Positions 36,700 through 48,994 of a DNA stretch of 64,000 bases are shown here, in pieces. The stretch is taken from positions 12,089,360-12,153,359 of the forward strand of contig NC_043019.1 of NCBI RefSeq assembly GCF_006345805.1. The letters are read 5' to 3'. The notes beneath the pieces are model-generated. The model ran no database searches. It had not been told where the DNA came from and was given only the letters and a program-made list of their open reading frames with translations. The translations under genes were made by a program, and so were the position numbers. The stretch's first letter is position 1; each line of letters opens with the position of its first letter. Origin of the DNA: Octopus sinensis (lineage: Eukaryota).

Positions 36700-37490
36700 T
36701 TAATAATAATAATAATAATAATTGTGTACAGTGCTCAGGTGCACTACAACTCATCTAAAGTGTATATATAATCAGGTGTAGTTTCGACGGATTTCGGGAA
36801 GCATGAGGGCCTTAAAGGATGCAGTGTCATGGCAGTCAACAACTGATGCAGGCAGTTTTTCCACGCTTCAGCAACCCTGAGCGTGAAAAAATGTTTCCGA
36901 AGTCATGGGAGCTGTGCTGTTTTCTGACTTTGTAGGCATGTCCACATGGTTAGACACATGGAGATCAAAAGGTGTTCAGTGTTGTTGTTGGTGAGGTGGT
37001 TGATAACCTTGTGGGTGTTTACCAAGTCCGTCGCTAGACGCCGGAGCTTCAGTGAATCCATGCCCAGGGAAACAAGGCGCTCAGAATATGGTAGGTGTCT
37101 GATGGAGGGTATGCGTTTGGTTGCACGTCTCTGGACAGATTCCAGGAGGTCAATGTTCTGAGCAAGATAGGGATTCCAAACTGATGATGCGAATTCCAAG
37201 TGTGGTCGTACCATAGCTGTATACAGTTTTAAATAGATGGCTGGAGAGCGGCTAACAAAAGTCTTGCTGAGTAATGCCAAGACACCCTCGGCCTTCTTGA
37301 CAATTTTAGAGATATGCTTTGTCCAACGCAAATCACTGCTGACAGTGATGCCTAGGTCACGCTCGCAAGAGGATTTCTTGATATCAGTGTTGGGAGGGAG
37401 TAATGGACGCAGGGTTTTTTCTCCAAAATGCATGGTGGTATACTTGTCCACAGCCAGTTTCAGTTGCCAGTCTGTGATCCATTGCTGCAT
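36700..37490 (-). mobile_element. 5'-truncated CR1/L2-clade LINE (C-terminal ORF2 and 3' end)
   Basis: ORF 36903-37490 LYTAMVRPHLEFASSVWNPY...LESVQRRATKRIP...LRRLATDL is the typical CR1 post-RT region; (ATT)n tail. Shorter 3' fragments of a related subfamily at about 714-1058 and 16523-16915. Confidence 0.9.
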
Positions 37491-37908
37491 TTAATACTCT
37501 TTACTCTTTTACTTGTTTCAGTCATTTGACTGTGGCCATGCTGGAGCACCGCCTTTTTTAGTCGAGCGAATCGACCCCAGGACTTATTCTTTGTAAGCCC
37601 AGTACTTATTCTATCGGTCTCTTTCTCATGGGAAAGGAGAGATTTTTTTTTTCATTTCTTAAAATTTTTATGTTATTTTAGATAACGGAAATTACAATTC
37701 TGAAAATAATTTCTTTTCCAAAAATTGTATTTTTTTTATTTTTTTACATTTTTGTCTATCCTCCCCTTGTACCCTTTTCTTTTTCCACGTAGTGCAACAG
37801 TTTGAGTAACTAAACTCCGTTAAAATATGGGTATAACTACAAGTGTGTACCCACCCACCCCACCGCTGTTTTCCCTTCATAACTTTCTGAAAGATGGATA
37901 AACCGGTA

Positions 37909-38404
37909 CTACTTAAGAAGAGTGGTCCCGGTGCGCGCACTCGTATACTTTGCGCATCCGCGCTAGCTAGTCGTGACTAGACGATCCTACAACGACTACC
38001 TAGGAAAGTAAATAAAACACAAAATAAATAAATTTTTTACACAAAGTAAATAATTTTTGGCGAAAACTTCGGTATATGTACCGGTGTAAGTACCGGATAC
38101 ATTTCAAAAAAGTGTTGTTTTTCTTTATATATGGGGGGGTTAGGGTTTGTGTTAGGGGGAGAAAAGGGTTTGTGTTAGGGCTGGGAGAAAAGGGTTTCTG
38201 TTATCTTCAGAAATGTAAATAAAGTCACGTGTGTACATATATCGAAGCATCGCCTAATTTTTTTATAACAAAATATATAAAACACAAAAACACGAAGTAA
38301 AACATTTTTTTAAACAAAGTAAATAAAACACAAATATAAAAAGGATCGGCTAGTCACGACTCGCTAGCGCGGATGCGCGCACCGGGACCACTCTTCTTAA
38401 GTAG
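37909..38404. mobile_element. TA-flanked MITE (Tc1/mariner-type target) with long GC-rich TIRs
   Basis: TA|CTACTTAAGAAGAGTGGTCCCGGTGCGCGCA...TGCGCGCACCGGGACCACTCTTCTTAAGTAG|TA; the inverted match continues to GTCGTGACTAG-x-CGATCCT. Confidence 0.85.
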
Positions 38405-38804
38405 TACAGATAAACCTATATTCTAATGAAACTGTCAACAAGTACGTTTCAGATGGTGTAGATTGCGATTACATCGTAATTTAATGTGATAAAAAAAAAA
38501 AAAAGGTGGGAGGGACGGATAATTCTACAGGTCTGATCAAAATGTAAAGGGAAACTAATCCTTTCTACACCCTAAAACAATTATTCGCAACAAATCCCAA
38601 AATCACCGTAATCTACATCATCTAAAATGCATCTCTGTAAAATTTCTTTTAAAAATTTCCAGTTTTCAGAAAGTTATAAAGAAACAAAGTCGGTGGGGAA
38701 CACACTTGAGTAGTTAGGCTAAAATTCGTCAAACTACCTATATTTATGTGTGTGCATGCAAATATATACATATATATATAAAAGACACTGATATAGATAC
38801 GTAC

Positions 38805-38832
38805 TTTTCGGAATCTTCGAAATATTCTTCAT
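38805..38832 (-). CDS. MUTYH: MUTYH putative first coding exon (MKNISKIPK + 1 nt)
   Basis: ATG at 38832 with an in-frame TGA two codons upstream; donor A|gtacgt; phase 1 matches the next exon (A+AA = Lys). Supported by splice and phase logic only; no homology is visible in so short a peptide. Confidence 0.55.
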
Positions 38833-39031
38833 AATTCAATTAAAAACGTCCTGAAGGTTTTCGTTATTAAAAAATAAGGTGAGACAAAAGTGCAAGTGAT
38901 TGCTTACATAACAACATTGAATATACCGCCAATAAATGAATGAAAGACGGTGTGAGGAGAAAAAAGTCGACTTTTACTCTGTATTCCGGGTGGACGAACT
39001 AGGGGCTAACTGAATTTCTATTATTTTTATT

Positions 39032-39360
39032 GTGAAGGCGCATGGCTCAGTGATTAGAGCGTCGAGCTTACGATCGTGAGGTTGTGAGTTCGATTCCCGG
39101 ACCGGCCTGCGTGTTGTGTTCTTGAGCAAGACACTTTATTTCACGTTGCTCCAGTTCTCTCAGCTGTAGAAATGAGTTGTGACATCAGAGATGCCAAGCT
39201 GTATCGGCCTTTGCCTTTCTCTTGGATAACATCAGTGGTGTGGAGAGGTATGTATGGGCGACTGCTGGCCTTCCATAAACAACCTTGTCCGGACTTGTAC
39301 CTCGGAGGGTAACTTTCTAGGTGCAATCCTATGGTCTGTGTCATGACCGAAGGGGGTCTC
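39032..39360 (+). mobile_element. tRNA-derived SINE family E
   Basis: GTGAAGGCGCATGGCTCAGTGATTAGAGCGTCGAGCTTACGATCGTGAGGTTGTGAGTTCGATTCCC, CORE-like CTTGAGCAAGACACTTTA. Second copy on - at about 45636-45980; partial at about 20520-20670. Confidence 0.85.
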
Positions 39361-42300
39361 CCATTATTTTTTTTGTTTATAAGGATGGTCATTATAGCAT
39401 TAATAATCACATGCACTGCTTCAATTTCACTTCTTTTATTATCATTAATTAATTAGTTAACCATTTAAATAATGAATCGAATTTTTGATTAATTGTTCGG
39501 TCGATTAATCATTTATGTTCGTCAAAGTCTTTTTGTCATCAATGACACCTCTACTCCTGGCCGCGAAAATTTTTTTCCTACGAGAGTTCCGGACCCTAGT
39601 ATTGAACTCATTTGCATACAGCCAATCAGAGCTGACCTCGACCTTATTGTCGAGTTAAGACAAGGTATTAGATTTGCATCTATACCTATTATCGGATTTT
39701 GTTAGGGGATCATATGGTAAAAATGTGGATCACACAAATGGCACCCGTGCCTGTGGCACATAAAAGCACTTTTCGAGTGTTGGGCCTCACTGAGGCAACG
39801 ACCGAGACCATTTGGCATTATGCCATTCTTCGAGTGTTGAGCCTCACGGAGGCAATGACCAAGTCCATTTGGCATTATGTTGTTCTTGAGAAGACCCACC
39901 AATCCAAGTAAAACCGTCTCCCCTTACTGCTTTACAAAGTAAACAACAACACAAATTACTACGCAGATGCAGCTATGGTTGGAACAAGAACAAGAACAAC
40001 AAGCATTCTTAAAAGAGAGAAAGAGGCGCAGGAGTGGCTGTGTGGTAAGTAGCTTGTTTACCAACCACATGGTTCCGGGTTCAGTCCCACTGTGTGGCAC
40101 CTTGGGCAAGTGTCTTCTACTATAGCCTTGGGCCGACCAAAGCCTTGTGAGTGGATTTGGTAGACGGAAACTGAAAAGAAGCCCGTCGTATATATGTATA
40201 TACATATCTATGCATGTGTGTGTTTGTCCCCCTCGCATTGCTTGACAACCGATGCTGGTTTGTTTATGTCCCCGTTACTTAGTGGTTCGGCAAAAGAGAC
40301 CGATAGAATAAGTACTAGGCTTACAAAAGAATTAGTCCCGGGGTCGAGTTGCTCGATTAAAGGCGGTGCTCCAGCATGACTGAAACAAGTAAAAGAGTAA
40401 AAGAGTAAAGAGTAAAGAAGCATGTATGAACTCCATTCTCCAGACTGAAATACAAGCTTCTGCATAATTATGTGAATGTTCTGATATGCAGATGTATAGA
40501 TAAATGTTTATAAATACACAGTTTGGAGTTGGTTTTAATATGGGACAGCATGCAGCCTGAATATCACACCAATTAATCAGGCGTGTCTTGCTAGTCACAA
40601 TTTTAATGATAAGGAAAAATTTAGTAAAATAACTTTGTCGTTATTAAGCTAGCGTTTGGAACATAAATTAACATGAAATTATGACGGGAAGTTTTAATTT
40701 AGCCAATTAGTATTCAGATTTCTCTGACAAGTACAATTCTTATTTATTGACATTGTTTTCAATTAATCATGCATTATCTCATAGCTTTGAGATTTTAATG
40801 ATATGACTGGTTATTTTTAGAATGACATTGTATGGTAGGTATGAGAGGCTGAATCTAGCCAGTTTGAAGATTACATAGGTATAATATTTTGGCTGGATAC
40901 GGCTGGTTTAAATGCTAAAGAATTAGACCACTTTAGAAAGTTTGTATCATTGAGCTAAAAACCCTTTCGGATGGAAAAGAAGTCAAAGTTTCAAGAAAAA
41001 TTTCTTGAAACTGTTCCCCATAAATTTTTGAAAAATTTTTCGAAAAAATCTCCCCAAAATTTTTGAAAAATTCCTAAAAATCTATTTTCAGCCATAGCTT
41101 TCTGACGGCGTCTAACAAAAAAAAAAACAAGATAAAGAAAAGTGGAATGAAGCAGAGAGTTTCACGGGAAAGACAAACTGAGAGAGAGAGAGAGAGAGAG
41201 AGTAAGTGACGACGTTCATAAAATATAAAATATAAAATGTTTTGTCTTTTTTTAAACACGAGATATAGTGTTCAAATTCAGGATGTTTTTGAAAGACACT
41301 ATATTTTATAATCTTAGTATATATACTTTCTCACACAACAATTACAATACATTTATTTTAAATCATTTATTTATTTTAAATCGTTCATCTTTCTCCCCCT
41401 CTCTCTCACACACATTACTTTGGGTGCGAAAGAGTTTTGTTTTTATTTTACGCCGAGTAAAAAAGTGTTTTGTTGACAATCCATTTATTTAACAACAAAG
41501 AAACAAAGAGGTGAGTAGCAATTTGTCAGTGAATTGCACAATATAAATGGGTACAATTTCCGAGGCTTCCACCACACCCACTCTGTTTCACGGATCACAA
41601 AAGGGTTTTGTAGCATATTAGGAGGCCAGAGTAGTTGATTCCACGCAAAAAAAAACCGATTATTTTTCTTAGTGAAAATCGTGCGAGTGTTAATCTACAA
41701 ATTTAACAACATTTTTTCCATTCATTTCTGTTTATGAACATGCACAAAATATGCAATAGGTGCACGTATGTACATGTGTGTTCGTGTCTGTTGCCCATTT
41801 ACATTTATATTATATTATATTATATATAGGCGCAGGAGTGGCTGTGTGGTAAGTAGCTTGCTAACCAACCGCATGGTTCCGGGTTCAGTCCCACTGTGTG
41901 GCACCTTGGGCAAGTGTCTTCTACTATAGCCTCGGGCTGACCAAAGCCTTGTGAGTGGATTTGGTAGACGGAAACTGAAAGAAGCCCGTCGTATATATGT
42001 ATATATATATATGTGCGTGTGTGTGTTTGTGTGTCTGTGTTTGTCCCTCTAGCATTGCTTGACAACCGATGCTGGTGTGTTTATGTCCCCGTTACTTAGC
42101 GGTTCGGCAAAAGAGACCGATAGAATAAGTACTGGGCTTACAAAAGAATAAGTCCCGGGGTCGAGTTGCTCGATTAAAGGCGGTGCTCCAGCATGGCTGC
42201 AGTCAAATGACTGAAACACGTAAAAGAGTAAACAGTAAAGAGCATATATATAATATATATATAATATAACCAATTTCAACGGATTTTGCCCAAATTTGAT

Positions 42301-45300
42301 GTCGATATTACTTAGTTTGGTTTGAAATAAAGAACTTGATTAGCTTAATAATTGTAACTTAATCCCGGGCAAGGCCAGGTTATACTGCTAGTATATATAT
42401 AAATACTGGTAGGGTACACGCTGATGACAGGTCAATACCCAGAAACTTGAGGCCGTGTGTATGATAGGTTGAAGACAAGAAGGATGGCTTCCCTTTGCAA
42501 ATACTGATGGGGCACAGAAAGTGTGTCAATAGCCAGCTGGATGAGGTGTCCTCCGGGGGTTACAAGCTACAGTAACATCCACCCTTAGGGGTTAGCCACA
42601 TTTAAGTGGCAAATATACTTCACGATGTTGTGCAGCTACTGTTTATACCTCGCTCAGAGATTTATTATTGCTTGTTTACACCTTTTCGATATCAGTGACC
42701 TTGCTTCCACACCTGATAATTCTTCCCTAGTTCTGGTAATGATTCAGCTATAAGAGCAAGGTCATAAGCATAGAGGAGCTCCCAAGGACACCCTGTCTTG
42801 AATTCCTCTGTTATTGCCTGGAGGACTATGAAGAACAAGAGGGGGCTAAGGACTGATCCTTGGTGAACCCCTACTTGTACCCTGAATTCTTCACTATACT
42901 CATTGCCAACCTCACCTTACTGGCAGCATCCCTGTACATGGCATGTACAGCTCTTGCCAACCACTTATCTATCCCTAGTTTCTGCATTGACCACCAGATA
43001 AGAGATTTTTTTTTTCTCATTATCCATTTTATTTTTCCAGATGATGACAGTAATATAAGTGGCAGTCTAGTGCTTGGTTTGATTTAACACTTTTGATATC
43101 AACCTGCCAGAAATTGCTTTTAGCTATATGATACAAACTTTCTAAAGTGGTCTAACTCTCTAGCATTTAAACCAGCCATATCCAGCCAAAATGTTATACC
43201 TATGGAGATGTACTCGCATAGCAAGTGATTTGATCTGAGATCGTGTGCTGAAACGAAAACAATTGCAGCGTGGAGGTGTTTGTAAGCCATTTAAGAAACA
43301 CACAAAAGCCATTCGATTCACTTCAACATTTAAGTTTAATTTGTCAAAATATTTTCGTCGCTAAAATCCGCGACCTGTTCACTGACAGAAATTAAACTTA
43401 AATGTTGAAGTGAATCGAATGGCTTTTGTGTGTTTCTTAAATGGCTTACAAACACCTTCCATGCTGCAATTGTTATACCTATATAATCTTCAAACTGGCT
43501 AGATTCAGCCTCTCATACCTACCACACAATGTCATTCTAAAAATAACCAGTCATATCATCAAAATCTTGAAGTTATGAGATAATGCATGATTAATTCAAA
43601 ACAATGTCAATAAATAAGAATTGTACTTATCAGAGAAATCTGAATACTAAGTGACTAAATTATTTATTTATTGATTTTTTGAATAATATTTATTATAGTA
43701 TATTTAAATTTTTCTATTTAATATGGATAATGTCTTTCACTATAGAATTGCTTAATAGAGGTTATTTCTCTTAATTATATACAGTCTTGCCTAAATTATG
43801 ATTTCAAATTTTGACACAAAGCCAGCAATTTCTGGGGAGGGTTGTGAGTCAATTACATCGACCCCAGTGATCAACTGGTACTTATTTTATTGACCCTGAA
43901 AGGATAAAAATAAAGTCAACCTCGGCAGAATTTAAACATAGAATGTGAAGATGGATGAAATGCCGCAAATCATGTTACCTGGCGAGCTAACGATCCGGCA
44001 AGTTTGCAGTCTTGCCAAATATTGACCTAATAATATACATATATGTAGATAAGTAGCTTGTGGTGGTGGTGTGCATCAGCCTAATTTATTCAGTGAAATT
44101 CATGAGTTTGAATAAATTATTTCCATGTCGTGATCTACAAATGTTACCAGATTTATGATCTTCATTAGCATAAATATCTATCTTAAAGCTTTCATTTTTG
44201 TTTAGCCCCAGGTTAGCTGCCATCTGGGTGAGACATGATCAAACAAATTCTAACAATAACATTTGTTTTTTTTTTTCTTTTATCTATTTAGGTGCAATAG
44301 TATTCAAGGGCAGCAGTATTCATCATCATCATTTAGCGTCCGCTTTCCATGCTAGCATGGGTTGGACGGTTCAACTGGGGTCTGTGAAGCCAGAAGGCTG
44401 CATCAGGCCCAGTCTGATCTGGCAGTGTTTCTACGGCTGGATGCCCTTCCTAACGCCAACCACTCCGCGAGTGTAGTGGGTGCTTTTTACGTGCACAATG
44501 TGTCAAATATATCTTGGTCATGGCCATCACATCGACCCAGGATATGTTATCCAATAAGTTTGGCTCTTTTTAAAGAGGATTAGACTGATCCTGCTGGTGG
44601 TGTAAAGCACTCATGGTGGAACTATATAAAAGTGCCCATGCAGTTCCCTGTAAAAGTGCCCACATGGTGCCACATAAAAGCATCCATGTGGTGCCTCGTA
44701 AAAGCACCCAGCACACTCTGTAAAGTGGTTGGCATTAGGAAGGGCATCCAGCTGTAGAAACTATGCCAAATCAGACTGGAACCTGGTGCAGCTTGCCAGC
44801 TCCGGTCAAACCATCCAACCCATGCCAACATTGACAATGAATATTAAATGATGATGATGATGATGATATATCAATATGTGACCGCGTGTGTATCGTTGGC
44901 GATTTTCTTTCTCCATCTTCCCTTCCTTGGATTTTCCCTTTTTCTATGTTTCTAACAAAGAGCTCCGCCCCAAAACGTTAAATCCTCCTTCTTTCTTTCC
45001 TTTCCTGAGCATCCAATAACACTATACTTGTTCCACGTCTTCGTGTTGTTGTGTTTTCTCTTTGTTCATATTTGGATTAACTATATGTATACACACACAC
45101 ACACACACACACACACGCATATACTCTTTTACTTGTTTCAGTCATTTGACTGCGGCCATGCTGGAGCACCGCCTTTAATCGAGCAACTCAACCCCGGGAC
45201 TTATTCTTTTGTAAGCCCAGTACTTATTCTATCGGTCTCTTTTGCCGAACCGCTAAGTGACGGGGACGTAAACACACCAGCATCGGTTGTCAAGCAATGC

Positions 45301-46515
45301 TAGGGGGACAAACACAGACACACAAACATATATATATATACATATATACGACAGGCTTCTTTCAGTTTCCGTCTACCAAATCCACTCACAAGGCATTGGT
45401 CGGCCCGGGGCTATAGCAGAAGACACTTGCCCAAGGTGCCACGCAGTGGGACTGAACCCGGAACCATGTGGTTGGTAAACAAGCTACTTACCACACAGCC
45501 ACTCCTGCGCCTGTTAAACAATATGCTATGCTTACTGGACCTAGGTTTCCCAAGCGGTCACCCATCTTAACTCCGGTGATCAGACGAGAACCGGTGCTTT
45601 CAACGTGATATGTCCGTAAGATATATATATATATAAAGGGTAAAGACCCCCTTCGGTCATGAGTGACCATGGGTTTGCACCTAGAGAGTTACCCTCTGAG
45701 GCACAAGTCTGGGCAAGGTTGTTTTATGGAAGACCAGTAGTCGCCCATGCATACCAGCCTCCCCTCTCCACGCCACCAGTGTTATCCAAGGGAAAGACAA
45801 AGGTCGATACAGCTTGGCACCTGTGACGTCGCAACTCATTTCTACAGCTGAGTGAACTGGAGCAACGTGAAATAAAGTGTCTTGCTCAAGAACACAACAC
45901 GCAGCCCGGTCCGGGATTCGAGCTCACAACCTCACGATCGTAAGCTCGACGCTCTAACCACTGAGCCATGCGCCTTCACATATATATATATATATATATA
46001 TATATTTCTACTCTAGGCACAAAGCCTTGAAAATTTTGGGGGGAGGGGGCTTGTTGATAACATCGACCTCAATGAATAACTGGTACTTATTTCATTGACC
46101 CTGAAAGGATGAAAGGCAAAGTCGACCTCGGCGGAATTTGAACTCAGAACGTAGCAGCAGACGAAATACCGCTAAGCATTTCACCCGGCGTGCTAATGGC
46201 TCTCTCTCTATATATATATATAGTCACAAGCAAGGTAGTGTGGTAAGAAACTAGCTTCCCAACTACATGGTTTTATGTTCAATTCCTATATGGTACCTTG
46301 TGCAAGTGTTTTCTACCATAGCCTTGGGCTGACCAAAGCCCTGTGAGTGAATTTGGCAGATGGAAACTGAAAGAAGCCTGTTGTATACATACACACACAC
46401 ATATAAGTTAACTGCTGCTTATCTGGCATCGTTGGGACTTGAAGAGTGCTGGATTAGTGATTCTGCCGAATTATCGATTAAGTATGGCAGGTCAGCCTAA
46501 GGCTATAATAGAAGA

Positions 46516-46955
46516 CTAGCAGCACAGTCCGGCGTTGCCCGGGTATGTAAGAGCCCCTAGTAGGCAACGACTAATCCCAATCTAGTCCTTTCCCTCTAGG
46601 GAACGAAGGCGCATGTGTAGGTTGCAATGTCTTCTCTTCACTCGAATACTTCTGTGTATACGATGTTCCTAGCTGTCCCTTTGGGCGATAAAAAGGTCGA
46701 GTTGTGTCCCCTAGACAGAAAATGTGTTGCATATAAAAAGCTTAGATTCTCGACCCCATGTCGAATTTATCGATTTTTTTCAGAACTGGGGGAACTTTTC
46801 AAAATTTTCACTGTGTTAGTTTTGAATTATGACATTGGGCTATGTGTGTGTCAAATTTCATCAGAATCGGTTGAAAGCCGTGGTCAGGGTGAGGGTACAA
46901 CCTGACAGACACACAGATACACAGACAGACAAACTGCCGTTTATATATAGAGAGA
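46516..46955 (-). mobile_element. Non-autonomous Helitron, second family
   Basis: Minus strand A|TCTCTCTATATATAAACGGCAG...CCCGGGCAACGCCGGACTGTGCTGCTAG|T. A 3'-end remnant is at about 42260-42391; an older related family at about 26120-26290(+) and 60305-60470(-). Confidence 0.88.
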
Positions 46956-48418
46956 TACTTGCCCAAGTTGTCACGCTGTGGGACCGAATCAGAAACCACA
47001 TAGTTGTGTTGTAAAGCAAGCTTCTTAACCCCACAGCCATGCCTGCACCTATAATCGACAAAATTGTATTTTTTTTTCCTAATAGAGTGGACTTCAAGGT
47101 ATCAAAGATTGCACGATTCTTTTTTTTTTTTTTTGGCTAAGGTGAGCCTAAAGTTTCGGGGGTTGAATTTGCATAGACAGGCAAATTTTACGACCTCGAT
47201 TTTATATAATTTGTTACTCTTTTACTTGTTTCAGTCATTTGACTGCAGCCATGCTGGAGCACCGCCTTTAATCGAGCAACTCGACCCCGGGACTTATTCT
47301 TTTGTAAGCCCAGTACTTATTCTATCGGTCTGTTTTGCCGAACCGCTAAGTAACGGGGTCATAAACACACCAGCATCGGTTGTCAAGCAATGCTAGGGGG
47401 ACAAACACACGCACGCATATATATATATACATATATACGACGGGCTTCTTTCAGTTTCCGTCTACCAAATCCACTCACAAGCCTTTGGTCGGCCCGAGGC
47501 TATAGTAGAAGATACTTGCCCAAGGTGCCACGCAGTGGGACTGAACCCGGAACCATGTGGTTACCAAATAAAGTGGAATTAAATGCAGTTTTATTCTCGT
47601 GTTTGCGATAGATATAAAACAACTTTTGGTAGTCAATTATCAAAAATGGATCTCCTCTGCGAAACAATGTATAATTCTATAAGGACGTCGGGTATCGGAT
47701 TATGGCATGCACACAACCGTAACTCTGGTCTGTCATATTTACTTACGCTACAGAAGACCTTTTACTATTTGAAGAATTTTTACAATTACACCCGTCTCGC
47801 GAAATGGGTGTACTTTACTGGAAAAGTGGCTGTGTGGTAAGTAGCTTGCTAACCAACCACATGGTTCCGGGTTCAGTCCCCCTGCGTGGCATCTTGGGCA
47901 AGTGTCTTCTGCTATAGCCCCGGGCCGACCAATGCCTTGTGAGTGGATTTGGTAGACGGAAACTGAAAGAAGCCTGTCGTATATATGTATATATATATGT
48001 GTGTGTGTGTTTGTGTGTCTGTGTTTGTCCCCCTAGCATTGTTTGACAACTGATGCTGGTGTGTTTACGTCCCCGTCACTTAGCGGTTCGGCAAAAGAGA
48101 CCGATAGAATAAGTACTGGGCTTACAAAAAGAATAAGTCCCGGGGTCGAGTTGCTCGACTAAAGGCGGTGCTCCAGCATGACCGCAGTCAAATGACTGAA
48201 ACGAGTAAAAGAGTAAATAATCTGCAAGAGGTTAACGGCGTAGCTAGAACTAGCTGTAGAATTCTCCTCATTCGTCTTAAATAAAGAAAGGAGACATTAC
48301 GTAATGTAGGCAGAGACATTCCTGACAAGACAGGACAGGACTGTCACGGCTACAAAGCCTTTGAATTAGTTGGCCTTGGGCTAAATCACAAAGCAGTAAC
48401 TAGGTTGCAACAGCTAGA

Positions 48419-48428
48419 ACCCGGAAGT
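48419..48428 (+). promoter_or_regulatory. ETS/GABP-type motif ACCCGGAAGT in the putative SLC35E1 promoter
   Basis: CCGGAAGT in unique CpG-containing sequence about 570 nt upstream of the ATG; position is typical of housekeeping promoters (inference). Confidence 0.4.
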
Positions 48429-48994
48429 TATGGTAAGGGAGATCACTCGCAATAACTGTGTCTTTCTTTCTTTCCCACGAACCTCTCACCCTCTTGGTTT
48501 TCTATGTCTTTCTCTTTATCCCTCCCACTCTCTCTCTCTCTCTCTCTGCACATGTTTCTCTCTCTCTTTCTAGTGCCAGCCAGCCAGCCAGTCAGACCGG
48601 CCGACTGGCTTTCAGCATTTGTTTTCAACGTGTCTCTTAATTTCGAAGTCTTTGACACAACCAGAGGACAGCTGTCAGTGGTCGGTATGGGAACCTAATC
48701 GGTCAAGGATCACATACATATATATATGTATATATATATATATATGTATACATATATATATACATATTATATGCCTTTAAATACAAAACACTGCCTTAAA
48801 ACCCTCTTAACATCAACACCATCACACAAAAAAAGATAGCACACACACATATACTCACATACATACATACAAACACATTCACATCATCATCATCAACATT
48901 ATATATATATATATATAATCTTGTCATTATTTTCCGTTGTTGATTATTATTTACCTACTTATTTATTAATTTTTGGGGTGTATGATTCTCCCAA

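Noticed and set aside
38140-38200. TTAGGG motifs as an interstitial telomere
   Set aside because: Only isolated hexamers inside a MITE interior; no tandem telomeric array.
39036-39105. tRNA-like sequences (also 57270-57350, 58778-58845, 45905-45980, 56030-56085)
   Set aside because: They are SINE heads continuing into SINE bodies, with no complete acceptor stem, so not functional tRNA genes.
46850-46875. CTGATGA on the minus strand within the Helitron (also 22763 and 51810 on +)
   Set aside because: No downstream stem II-GAAA-helix III arrangement; chance heptamers.
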